A DNA stretch of 64,000 bases from Candidatus Xenobia bacterium (GTDB lineage: Bacteria > Vulcanimicrobiota > Xenobia > Xenobiales > QWHO01). This document shows, in pieces, positions 8,866-17,236 of this stretch; the stretch's first letter is position 1; every line of letters starts with the position of its first letter. The position numbers and the translations under genes were made by a program. The stretch covers positions 1 through 64,000 of the forward strand of contig BTUM01000030.1 in NCBI GenBank assembly GCA_045863235.1, in the 5' to 3' direction. A model generated the notes under the pieces. It did not search any database. It was not told the DNA's origin and worked only from the letters and a program-made list of their open reading frames with translations.

Positions 8866-8904
8866 TTGGAAATTACTCTCCAGTATCTCGGCAAGAAGGC
8901 TTAA

Positions 8905-10164
8905 ATGGCAGAACGCAGGGCTCTCGTCTTCGACGCGAATGGATTTCCCGAGGAGTTACCCATTGCCGACTCTCTGCTTACAGCCAGCATCACGGGAGGC
9001 ACGGGCTCGGGCGCCGATCTGACGCTGCTCTCCACCAGCCACGCGACCAAGGGAAATCTCTGGTTTGGCGCGGGCGGGCTCCACACCTACGACGAGGTCA
9101 ACGGGCGCTGGGGGCTTGGGGTTGCCGCGCCTGCCCGCACCCTGGAAGTCCGCTCCACCGCTGCGCAGCAGCGGTGGTCGTATGACGCGAGCAACTATAT
9201 GGAGGTCACTGTCGCGTCGAACGGCGTTTGCACTTTCGGTTCATCTGTGCCTATCGGCACCACGAACGCTTTTCACTTCAACAAATACACCTATATCGGC
9301 TTTGCCTCGTCTGTCAACGGACAGCGAGGACTTAATCAGTATCTAGCCGCATCGGGTACTGCCCAATCAGCCATTGGCATTGGCGGGACGGCCCAAAGCA
9401 CGGCTGCCGGGACCACGGGCAACTTTATGACCGGAGGCCTATTCTTGGCCCAAAATGTCCACGCCACAGGAACCGTCAGCGAATTGGTAGGATTGAAGGG
9501 GCAATGGCTGTCGTCCACAGGCGGCAACGGCGGAACGGGGGCTTGCATCGAGGCGTCAGCGCCTAGTTGGAGTGGCACGGCTCCTTGTGGGCCGACCACG
9601 AATTACGGAGTCCGCGTAGAGAACCAGGGCAATTCCAGAGGCACGAACAGTTATGGACTCTATATTGAGAACCAATCTGGCTCGAGCGCGGTGAACGATG
9701 CCATCAAAACCAACGGTGGACGCGTTTATTTCCTGGCGTCAGCAACCGACACTGAAATCCTGCGCGTCGAGTCGACCGCCACCAACAGTGACCCCAATCT
9801 CTACGTGCGGCAGTATCGTGGCACTACGACCGATGCAACCGTCATCACCCTAGCCACCATTGCATTAACCGCCTCCAGGACCTACCACGTCGAAGCCCGG
9901 GTTCTGGCCCGACGCACGAGTGGCACGGCAGGTACGGCCGAGGATGCGGCGAGCTACGTCCTGCACAGCACCTGGCAGACGATTGGGGGTGTGACGACAT
10001 TGGTCGGCGCTGTGACTGTGGTGCACACTGGGGAGTCGCAGGCCGGCTGGGCCGCCACGATGGACAGCGACGGGGGCGGGAATATCCGTGTGCGCGTGAC
10101 CGGCGCGGCGAACAACAATATCACCTGGCACGCAACTGTGTTGCTGCAGGACGTAGGGAGCTGA
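8905..10164 (+). CDS. Tail-fibre/virion structural-like protein
   Basis: Gly/Thr/Ser/Ala-rich beta-type sequence, GLGVAAPARTLEV motif, more AT-rich central segment; lies upstream of the lysis-type genes. Confidence 0.6.
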   Translation: MAERRALVFDANGFPEELPIADSLLTASITGGTGSGADLTLLSTSHATKGNLWFGAGGLHTYDEVNGRWGLGVAAPARTLEVRSTAAQQRWSYDASNYMEVTVASNGVCTFGSSVPIGTTNAFHFNKYTYIGFASSVNGQRGLNQYLAASGTAQSAIGIGGTAQSTAAGTTGNFMTGGLFLAQNVHATGTVSELVGLKGQWLSSTGGNGGTGACIEASAPSWSGTAPCGPTTNYGVRVENQGNSRGTNSYGLYIENQSGSSAVNDAIKTNGGRVYFLASATDTEILRVESTATNSDPNLYVRQYRGTTTDATVITLATIALTASRTYHVEARVLARRTSGTAGTAEDAASYVLHSTWQTIGGVTTLVGAVTVVHTGESQAGWAATMDSDGGGNIRVRVTGAANNNITWHATVLLQDVGS

Positions 10165-10167
10165 CAG

Positions 10168-10437
10168 ATGGCACTGACACAAGCGCAACGAGAAATCCTC
10201 GACCGGGCCAGCAAGCACCTGGCCAACCAGGTCCTCCGGCTGGGAGGGGGGTATCTGCTGGCCCGCTGGCAGGAAGCAGGCCTCCGGGAGGCTGACCTGC
10301 TCACCCTTCTGTCAGCCGTAGGGCTCGACCAGAAGGCGGATGCCCTGAGCGAACTCCGCCAAGTGCGCAAGCGCGCAACTGACGCGGGTGTGACCGACCA
10401 GGAATGGGCTGCTGTGCAGCCTGAGGAGGTGAGATGA
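10168..10437 (+). CDS. Phage hypothetical protein
   Basis: 89 aa, starts 3 bp after the fibre gene. Confidence 0.6.
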   Translation: MALTQAQREILDRASKHLANQVLRLGGGYLLARWQEAGLREADLLTLLSAVGLDQKADALSELRQVRKRATDAGVTDQEWAAVQPEEVR

Positions 10438-10550
10438 GTACTGTTACCAGTAGCCATGACAGACGACGTCAAAGCACTGGGGCCAGCTGTCCGTGCGGAG
10501 CTGGTCCGCCAAGCGATTACGCTCACAGCACCGAGGAGCCGAGGAGCCTT

Positions 10551-10586
10551 GATAACGGCACCTACCCGGATAACGGCACCTACCCG
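10551..10586. repeat. 18-bp perfect tandem duplication
   Basis: GATAACGGCACCTACCCG x2. Confidence 0.9.
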
Positions 10587-10834
10587 GGCCTGGTCGTCCG
10601 CCCAGCCCGAGCCGGGTGATGTGGGTTGGCCCGCCCTCTTCTCTCGCGACTCAACTCCTCGTGCGGGTCTTCCGGCAGGTCCAGCCCCAGGGCTCGGTAC
10701 AGTGCCCGCTTGGCAAACTCGGTCGCACCACCAGCCCTACCAGCGCTCGCGGCCGGAATGCCTTCGCGAGCCGCTGCCTCTTCGGCGGCTGCCAGAATCT
10801 CATCCGGGACGCGGAAACGAATCAGGTTTGACAT
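10580..10834 (-). CDS. Ribbon-helix-helix (CopG-like) regulator
   Basis: MSNLIRFRVPDEILAAAEEAAAREGI...TEFAKRALYRAL; AGAGGAAG RBS. Confidence 0.7.
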   Translation of the reverse strand: MSNLIRFRVPDEILAAAEEAAAREGIPAASAGRAGGATEFAKRALYRALGLDLPEDPHEELSRERRGRANPHHPARAGRTTRPG

Positions 10835-11024
10835 CTTCTTCCTCTATTCGGTAGAATGTTGCGGAGGGTGTTTAAGGTGGCCCCGGTCCGCCGCCCTGTT
10901 TCCCGTTGGCCGGCCTGGCGTGTCGGGCATCCCGGGGTCCACCACCTTATATACCTGTAGGCTTTTCACCCTCTTTCTTGGCCCCGTTGCCGCGGGGCTT
11001 TTTATTTTCTCGCCTTACAAGATT

Positions 11025-11053
11025 ATTATACGTGAGCACACGTATAATGTCAA
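11025..11053 (-). promoter_or_regulatory. Consensus sigma70 promoter overlapped by a perfect palindromic operator
   Basis: Minus-strand TTGACA (11053-11048)-17 bp-TATAAT (11030-11025); ATTATACGTG-agca-CACGTATAAT. Confidence 0.85.
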
Positions 11054-11119
11054 GTGAATGGCGTTCAATCTGTGGAGGTTCATTTGTCGCTGGATCAGTT
11101 TACCGCCGGCACCAAAGCC

Positions 11120-11422
11120 ATGACTTGGTGTGCGATGTTTGGCGCGGCCGGGCTCGTCCTCGGGCAACAGGACCAGGCCCCTGACTTGGGCGGGCTCCCT
11201 GCACACTGGGGGGCGAGCGTGTACACGGCTCTTGTTGGGATTCTGTTGTGGGCTCTGCGCCAGTCCATCACAGAACGAGCTGCCGACAACAAAGAGCACG
11301 CCATTCAGATTGAGGGATTCTACAAAGACATCAACCGCGTGCGTCAAGAGCAGCACGATTTCTTGGTGCAACTGTTCGAGCACACGATCCTGGGGAGGAA
11401 GCGCAACGATGAAGCCCGGTGA
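11120..11422 (+). CDS. Holin-like membrane protein
   Basis: TM segment WGASVYTALVGILLWAL plus charged helical tail; overlaps the downstream cell-wall enzyme gene. Confidence 0.5.
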   Translation: MTWCAMFGAAGLVLGQQDQAPDLGGLPAHWGASVYTALVGILLWALRQSITERAADNKEHAIQIEGFYKDINRVRQEQHDFLVQLFEHTILGRKRNDEAR

Positions 11423-11891
11423 TCTTCGCTTGGTGGTGAACTCCACTCAGGACCTCAAGGATGGACAGTATTCCCTCGCCAAGCTCTTCGACCACACCGG
11501 CCGACTCCTGCGCTCGTTCGAGTGCCTCACGCAAGGGGTGAACGGGCCGAGCTACAAGGTGGTCGGTGGGGACACCGTCCCGGGCGACTACTGCGTGGCC
11601 TACGTGCTCTGGACGCAGCCCGGCGAGGGCGAACGGATCTGGCGAAGCTATGGCCCGGTGTATCTGCACCTCGGCAACGTGCCTGGCCAACCCAACCCGC
11701 AGACTCAGTTCGGTCGTGACGGCGAAGGCATCCACGGCGCGGGGCGGGAGAAGCGGCAGACGAAGCTCACGTACACGCGCGGGTGCGTGCGCCTTTGGAA
11801 CGACGACCTGGTGTGGCTGGCCAAGATGGTCGACCAGATCATGGCGAAGGGCAATCGCCTCTATGTGCGGGTGGCGCAAGAGCCCCAGTGA
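11409..11891 (+). CDS. L,D-transpeptidase (YkuD)-fold protein, putative lysin
   Basis: GDTVPGDY, GIHGAG...TYTRGCVRL (His...Cys catalytic motif). Confidence 0.75.
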   Translation: MKPGDLRLVVNSTQDLKDGQYSLAKLFDHTGRLLRSFECLTQGVNGPSYKVVGGDTVPGDYCVAYVLWTQPGEGERIWRSYGPVYLHLGNVPGQPNPQTQFGRDGEGIHGAGREKRQTKLTYTRGCVRLWNDDLVWLAKMVDQIMAKGNRLYVRVAQEPQ

Positions 11892-11895
11892 CCCA

Positions 11896-12081
11896 GTGAC
11901 CGACGCCGAGCGAATAGCCGAGCTCGAGAAGAGGGTCGCCGCGCTCGAGCGCCGGCTGGCCTGGCTCGAACTGAACGACCCCGAGGCCATCGCGCTCGCC
12001 AACAAGAATCGCAGGCGCTCCCTGGGCGCCAAGCCCGACCCCTACAAGCGGGGACAGGAGGCGTTCCATGGCACGTCGTAA
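11896..12081 (+). CDS. Small coiled-coil protein
   Basis: MTDAERIAELEKRVAALERRLAWLE. Confidence 0.6.
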   Translation: MTDAERIAELEKRVAALERRLAWLELNDPEAIALANKNRRRSLGAKPDPYKRGQEAFHGTS

Positions 12082-12841
12082 GCGACGCGATGATTGCGCG
12101 CTGGTTCTCTACATTCCTGACATCCACTTCCCTTTCCACGACCCGTCGGCGCTCGAGACGGTCGAGAACCTGATCTGGGACCAGCAGCCCGAGGAACTCA
12201 CCAACCTGGGCGACATCATCGACGCCAAAGACCTGGGCCGCTTCCTCGACGAGCCGAGCTCGCCGGGGGGCCTGCAGCGCGAGCTCGACCTCGCGATCGG
12301 ATGGTGGGACCGGATGAACGAGCTCGCCCCGGGCGCGAAGAAGCGCCAGGTGCAGGGGAACCATGAGTTCCGCCTTCAGAAGCACCTCTGGGAACACTCG
12401 GGCTTGTTCGGCCTGGTCGACCTGTCCATGAAGCGCCTGCTGCGTCTGGACGACATGGGTGTGGAGTGGGTCGAGGACGGGTATGACCAGACTCCCGACG
12501 GGGAGCTCTACGTTTACCACGGCGACGTCGTGCGGTCTCGGTCGGGCTACTCGGGCCACGGGGAGATGGAGCGCCACGAGTCGAGCGGGATCACGGGGCA
12601 CACCCATCGGTGCAGTCACATATTCAAGTCCAGTCGACGCCACAAGTGGGGCTGGGTCGAGGCTGGATTCTTGGGAGACCGCAGAAAAATGAAGTATTAC
12701 AAGGGATACAACTGGCAGCAGGGGCTCGCTTACGCCTATGTCGGCGACGGCTGGTGGCAAGCGGGCGTGCTCCCGATGCGCGACCACCAGGTGGCGTTTG
12801 GCGGGAAGGTCTATACCCCGGAAGGAGTGATGGCAGCGTGA
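12068..12841 (+). CDS. Calcineurin-like metallophosphoesterase
   Basis: DIH, LGDIID, GNHE, YHGD, GHTH motifs; CAGGAGG RBS. Confidence 0.9.
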   Translation: MARRKRRDDCALVLYIPDIHFPFHDPSALETVENLIWDQQPEELTNLGDIIDAKDLGRFLDEPSSPGGLQRELDLAIGWWDRMNELAPGAKKRQVQGNHEFRLQKHLWEHSGLFGLVDLSMKRLLRLDDMGVEWVEDGYDQTPDGELYVYHGDVVRSRSGYSGHGEMERHESSGITGHTHRCSHIFKSSRRHKWGWVEAGFLGDRRKMKYYKGYNWQQGLAYAYVGDGWWQAGVLPMRDHQVAFGGKVYTPEGVMAA

Positions 12842-13035
12842 TTTGCCGAGGATGCAAAGGCGACTTAATCTCATCTCCCGATGGGCTCGGGGGTTTCATT
12901 TGCCTGAAGTGTTCGGTTGCCCCAACAGCGGAGCAACCCGACAAAAGCGTGGTCGACCTGATGAAGTCCCATGGCACCCGGGCGAGGCGGCGTCGCGGAA
13001 GAATTGTAAGGGGAGAAGTGAGGCTCGCGGCATGA
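12838..13035 (+). CDS. Small zinc-ribbon protein
   Basis: CRGC...CLKC, basic C-terminus; GTGA and ATGA overlaps on both sides. Confidence 0.6.
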   Translation: MICRGCKGDLISSPDGLGGFICLKCSVAPTAEQPDKSVVDLMKSHGTRARRRRGRIVRGEVRLAA

Positions 13036-13286
13036 GCCACTTCCAGACCATACACGACTGGATCAACCAGATGGTGAGCGACGCCAAGACGGGCAAGCGC
13101 GCACCGGCCGAGACCGCTACCCTGCTGCGCCGAATGGCACTTCAGGCCCAGTGCGTCGCCGACCACGGGCTTGGCGCGGCCGACGAGCTCATGGAGTGGC
13201 TCAAGTCGGGCTGCCCGAGGAACCTCCCGGCCCCTTCCACGCTGCAGATGCCAGCCTTCATTCCCTGCCGACCCCCGGCGGGATAA
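13032..13286 (+). CDS. Phage hypothetical protein
   Basis: MSHFQTIHDWINQMV..., coupled to both neighbours. Confidence 0.55.
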   Translation: MSHFQTIHDWINQMVSDAKTGKRAPAETATLLRRMALQAQCVADHGLGAADELMEWLKSGCPRNLPAPSTLQMPAFIPCRPPAG

Positions 13287-13289
13287 CGC

Positions 13290-14447
13290 ATGCTGTCCGC
13301 CGAAGAGCGGAGAATGCCCAAAGCCAACAACCCCGACCGCTGTTTGTACGAAGATCCCCCCGGTTTCTGGTGCATCCGCATCTATGATCCGCGCACGAAG
13401 AAGCGCCTGCGCAGACGGGTCGGTTCAAAGGCAGCGGCCAGGAACGTCCTGATCAAGCTGCAAGGGGACATCGCCCGATGGCAAGCCGGCATGTCGGTCG
13501 ACGGTTCCATCACCCTGGTCGACCTGGTGGAGATGTATCAAGCCGAGTGGCAGGCAACCAAGCGCACGTCGCGCAACGACGACCGTTACGCCGATTACTT
13601 CGTCGAGGCCTTCGGAAGGCGCGCGGTGAAGGACCTGACCCCCAAGGACATCATCGAGTGGCGCACGTCCTATCTGGCTGGGCGGGTTCCGTCTGTCGAG
13701 TGCCTGGACCTGCCGAAGGGCCGTAAGCCCCCGACGAGCCGCAAGCCGGCCAGCGCGAACCGCGCCATCGCATTTTTGCGCAAGCTCTTCAACCGAGCCG
13801 TGCGCGATTCCGTCCTCGAAGCCAACCCGGCCGCAAAGGTCAAGGCGCTGGCCGAGAACAACACGCTGAACAACTGGCTCCGCCCTGGCGATCAGGAAGA
13901 GGCCCTCCGTCTCCAGTTCAAGCCCGCCGACTGGCGGATCTGCGAGCTCGGTATTCACACCGGCCTGCGAGCCTCCAACCTCTTTGAGATCCGTCGTGAG
14001 GACGTCGACCTCAAGAACGGGTTCGTGCGGATCGGGCGAACGAAGAACGAGGCTGCCCAGGACCTTCCCCTCACCGACCGCGCCCATGACATCCTGAAGG
14101 AGATGCTCGAGGAGCACGACTCCGAATGGCTCCTCCCAGCACCCAGCAAGAAGCGCGCTGGCGGCCCCCGACTGTACAGCTCCTGGTACTCGAAGGTTTT
14201 CAAGAAGGCCGTGGAACGCGCCGGTCTGCAGCTGCGCTTCCACGACCTGCGCCACACCTTCGGATCCCGTCTCGTCGACAATGGCGTGCCGATTTACGAG
14301 GTCGCCGCCCTGATGAACCACAAGACGCTTGAGGTCGTGAAGCGCTATGCCCACCTCGAGCCCGACCGCCTTCGGGCCTCCATCAAGCGCCTGGACGCTA
14401 AGGCCCTTGCGCCAGAGGACGCAGAGAAACAAACCCTTACACAGTAA
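13290..14447 (+). CDS. int: Tyrosine recombinase/integrase
   Basis: HTGLRASN (R), RTKN (K), FHDLRH (HxxR), MNHK (H), KRYAH (Y); ends 25 bp before the att repeat. Confidence 0.95.
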   Translation: MLSAEERRMPKANNPDRCLYEDPPGFWCIRIYDPRTKKRLRRRVGSKAAARNVLIKLQGDIARWQAGMSVDGSITLVDLVEMYQAEWQATKRTSRNDDRYADYFVEAFGRRAVKDLTPKDIIEWRTSYLAGRVPSVECLDLPKGRKPPTSRKPASANRAIAFLRKLFNRAVRDSVLEANPAAKVKALAENNTLNNWLRPGDQEEALRLQFKPADWRICELGIHTGLRASNLFEIRREDVDLKNGFVRIGRTKNEAAQDLPLTDRAHDILKEMLEEHDSEWLLPAPSKKRAGGPRLYSSWYSKVFKKAVERAGLQLRFHDLRHTFGSRLVDNGVPIYEVAALMNHKTLEVVKRYAHLEPDRLRASIKRLDAKALAPEDAEKQTLTQ

Positions 14448-14472
14448 GGTTTATTCCCATCGGAGAGAGTGT

Positions 14473-14517
14473 CTCTTAATCAGCGGGCCCGGGGTTCGAG
14501 TCCCTGCTAGCCCACCA
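14473..14517 (+). repeat. att core, right copy (displaced 3' part of tRNA-Lys)
   Basis: CTCTTAATCAGCGGGCCCGGGGTTCGAGTCCCTGCTAGCCCACCA. Confidence 0.95.
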
Positions 14518-14546
14518 AAAAGACCGCGTCAACGGCGCGGTTTTTT
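14518..14546 (+). terminator. Original host tRNA terminator
   Basis: CCGCGTC-aac-GGCGCGG-TTTTTT immediately after the att copy. Confidence 0.75.
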
Positions 14547-14819
14547 CGTTTTCCGAGGATCCGTCCTGAGCCGGGCGGTTTCGAGTGGTTCCCCAAGCTG
14601 GTTCGCAAACAGCCCGCCCGGCGCGGTGCTGGCGGCTGCAGACGTCAGAACTACGTCGAGCACGATTCTTCGCGGCAACTTCCGCTCAAGGCAGGTCAAG
14701 CCGTTGCCCTCCCTCCTCCTGCTGACCACACCGCTCGAAGGCCCAGGGTGGGCGAGGCCCCGTGCTGCCAAACTTGGTTTCACAAAGGACCTTCTGGAAG
14801 GCTACCGAACACTCCGCGA

Positions 14820-16352
14820 GTGTTGCGCAGGGACTTTTTGAGCCTTTCCGCAGCCGCGGCGGCGCTTTGTTTCCAGGGATGTGGCTCGCAGGCTCCGCCT
14901 CCCGTCTCCCAGACCCCGATCGACTTCCTGAGCTTGACGGCCACAGAGGCGCTCCGCCTGTTGCGCTCCGGGAAGATGAGCGCCGTGAGCTACGCGGAGG
15001 CTCTGCTGGACCGGGCGGCGGCTTCCGTCAGTCTGAACGCCCTCATCTCGCACGACCCGGCCCGGGTGCTGGCGGCGGCCGCGGCGGCCGATGCCAGCGC
15101 GGAGAAGGGCCCGCTGCACGGCCTTCCCCTGCTCATCAAGGATAACCTGAACACGACCGACTATCCGACCACCGCGGGCACCCCGTCGCTGGCAGGCTTT
15201 CTCCCCCCTCGTGACGCGCGCATCGTGAGCCTCCTGCGCGACGCCGGCGCCTATATTTTCGGGAAAGCCAACATGCACGAGCTCGCGCAGGGGATCACCA
15301 GCAGCAATCCCACCTTCGGTCCGGTGCGCAACCCTTACCAGCCTTCGCTGATCCCCGGGGGCAGCAGCGGGGGGAACGCGGCTGGCGTGGCGGCGCGCCT
15401 TGCACCCGCGGGCGTGGGTACCGATACGGGCGGCTCGACCCGCATCCCGGCGGCGTTGTGCGGGATCGTGGGCTTCCGCCCTACCATCGGCCGCTACCCG
15501 GGTACGGGCCCCGATCCCACCGACGACGTCCCGATCGCCCACTCCCGCGACACTCCCGGCCCGATGGCCCGCAGCCTCTCGGATGTCGTGCTGCTGGATG
15601 CGGTCATGTCCGGCATCGCCGACCCCTGGGCCCATCTCGAGAGCCTGACCGACTCTGCCGTGTCGCTCCGGCTCGGGGTGGCCCGTGGCTACTTCTACGC
15701 CGGGCTGGATGCCGCGCTGCAGGCCGTCGTGGAGTCGGCGCTCAGCCGCCTCTCGGCCGCCGGCGTGACCCTGGTCGACCTGGACCTTCCTGACCTCGGG
15801 GCATTGCTGGAGAAGACCTCTACGCCCGTGGTCATCTACGAGACGGGCCGGGACCTGCCGTTCTACCTGGCCCAGAACGGCTCTGCTCTGACTTTGCAGG
15901 AGGTGCGCGACCTGGCCGCCGGCCCGGACGTCCGCGCCATCCTGGACTTCACCCTGCGAGGCGATGTTTCCGAGCAGGAATACCTGGATGCCCTGAATGT
16001 GTTCACGCCTCAGTTGCAGGCGGCGCTGGCTTCGGCGTTCTCTTCCGTGGATGCGCTGATCTTTCCCACCACGATCCTCCCCGCCCGCCCGATCGGCGCC
16101 GGTCCTCCACGGCTGGACGACACGGTCGAGCTGAATGGCGTCCAGGTGAATACCGCGATGGCGTACAGCCACAATTGCGAGGTGGGCTCCAACGCGGATC
16201 TCCCCGGGTTGAGTCTCCCGTGCGGACTGACCAGGAGCGGACTGCCGGTCGGGTTGGAGCTGGATGGCCCGCGCGGCTCGGATCTCAGATTGTTGGCGCT
16301 GGGGCTCGCGGTCGAGCGGATCCTGGGGCCTCTGCCACCGCCCCCGGCATAG
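14820..16352 (+). CDS. Amidase-signature family enzyme with Tat lipoprotein signal
   Basis: LRRDFL...FQGC; IKDN, GGSSGG, GTDTGGSTRIPAALCG. Confidence 0.9.
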   Translation: MLRRDFLSLSAAAAALCFQGCGSQAPPPVSQTPIDFLSLTATEALRLLRSGKMSAVSYAEALLDRAAASVSLNALISHDPARVLAAAAAADASAEKGPLHGLPLLIKDNLNTTDYPTTAGTPSLAGFLPPRDARIVSLLRDAGAYIFGKANMHELAQGITSSNPTFGPVRNPYQPSLIPGGSSGGNAAGVAARLAPAGVGTDTGGSTRIPAALCGIVGFRPTIGRYPGTGPDPTDDVPIAHSRDTPGPMARSLSDVVLLDAVMSGIADPWAHLESLTDSAVSLRLGVARGYFYAGLDAALQAVVESALSRLSAAGVTLVDLDLPDLGALLEKTSTPVVIYETGRDLPFYLAQNGSALTLQEVRDLAAGPDVRAILDFTLRGDVSEQEYLDALNVFTPQLQAALASAFSSVDALIFPTTILPARPIGAGPPRLDDTVELNGVQVNTAMAYSHNCEVGSNADLPGLSLPCGLTRSGLPVGLELDGPRGSDLRLLALGLAVERILGPLPPPPA

Positions 16353-16400
16353 CCAGAACTCCAGCCTGTGAACCCAGGATGTCCGCCTGGCGAGCACGAG

Positions 16401-16454
16401 TCAAGGAATCTTCAAGGTCGCCCCAAGACCGGCTCAAGGTGCGGCTGGTAATCT
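16401..16454 (+). promoter_or_regulatory. Four 11-bp-phased TCAAGG-type boxes + extended -10
   Basis: Boxes at 16401, 16412, 16423 (CCAAGA) and 16434; TGGTAATCT at 16446-16454. Confidence 0.55.
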
Positions 16455-16459
16455 CAAAG

Positions 16460-16580
16460 CACGGTCAACAGCGGCGCAACAACACCCGTCCCTCTCTCTC
16501 ACCACCAGGAAACGCTGGGACCGTCAGCGGACAACCCTGGCGCGGGGCAAGGTCAGCCTCCTCACCCCGCGCCAGGGCTG
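16460..16580 (+). ncRNA. Candidate small RNA
   Basis: Downstream of the orphan promoter between convergent genes; 13-bp perfect stem 16535-16547 / 16565-16577 with CCTCCT in the loop. Confidence 0.35.
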
Positions 16581-16587
16581 CCCCAGG

Positions 16588-17166
16588 TTAACTCCCCGAG
16601 GTCGGGAACTTCAGGCCTTTCAGGCCCTCTTCGAGAAGCTTCACCGCCTCCGGGTCGCTCTTCAAGTAATTTCCGGTCACCGTGCTCTTGCCCGGCAGCT
16701 CGATGGCCCGCACCGCGTAAAACGTCTCGCCCACCGTCACAAAGATGATGAACATGCCTTCCACGTCGGTGCGGCGTACGGCGCTCAGGCCGTTGAAATC
16801 GGTCTTCTCGAGCCTGGCCTTCTCAGACGACTTGTCCTGGGCCAGAAACTCCATCGGCTCCAGCTTCTTGGGATTGGGCTCGGCCTTGACCGTTACCAGC
16901 AGGAGGTTTCCGTCGATCACGCCCTCTGCCCCGGCGAGGATCTCGTCGGGGTTGTAAGCGGCAACCTTGCCCGGAGCATCGATGGCCCGCATGAAGGCCA
17001 CTTCGTCGGCCTGCTCGGGCGGGCCGCTCTCGGCGCGCACCAGCCAGTCGTTGCCAACGAGAAAGGAATACCCGTGTTTCGGGTGGGTGAAGACCCCCGG
17101 CTTGGAGCTCGAGCAGCCCGCCACCAGCAGGGTCATCAGGAGAAGGACAACCGGTAAGGATCGCAT
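16588..17166 (-). CDS. Lipoprotein of unknown function
   Basis: MRSLPVVLLLMTLLVAGC lipobox. Confidence 0.75.
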   Translation of the reverse strand: MRSLPVVLLLMTLLVAGCSSSKPGVFTHPKHGYSFLVGNDWLVRAESGPPEQADEVAFMRAIDAPGKVAAYNPDEILAGAEGVIDGNLLLVTVKAEPNPKKLEPMEFLAQDKSSEKARLEKTDFNGLSAVRRTDVEGMFIIFVTVGETFYAVRAIELPGKSTVTGNYLKSDPEAVKLLEEGLKGLKFPTSGS

Positions 17167-17236
17167 GCTGGCTGCTTCGCAGCTGCGGCAGATATCCCTA
17201 GAAGTCCGGCCGAATGCTGTAACCGGCTTGTGCAAC

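Larger units (their letters stand above)
2799..14517. mobile_element. Integrated phage-derived element / defective prophage at tRNA-Lys (~11.7 kb)
   Basis: 45-bp direct repeats, tyrosine integrase adjacent to the right repeat, phage-type genes inside. Confidence 0.92.

Noticed and set aside
10828..10857. Plus-strand TTGACA-18-TAGAAT promoter
   Set aside because: The -35 is also the RHH start codon sequence and spacing is suboptimal; it could be chance, so it is not called
14461..14517. Second tRNA-Lys gene
   Set aside because: Only the 3' 45 nt are present; the 5' acceptor strand and D-arm are missing, so it is the att copy
14802..16397. Long antisense ORFs (also e.g. 31039-33012, 41570-43018, 46882-48861)
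   Set aside because: Shadow frames opposite well-supported genes, typical of high-GC DNA
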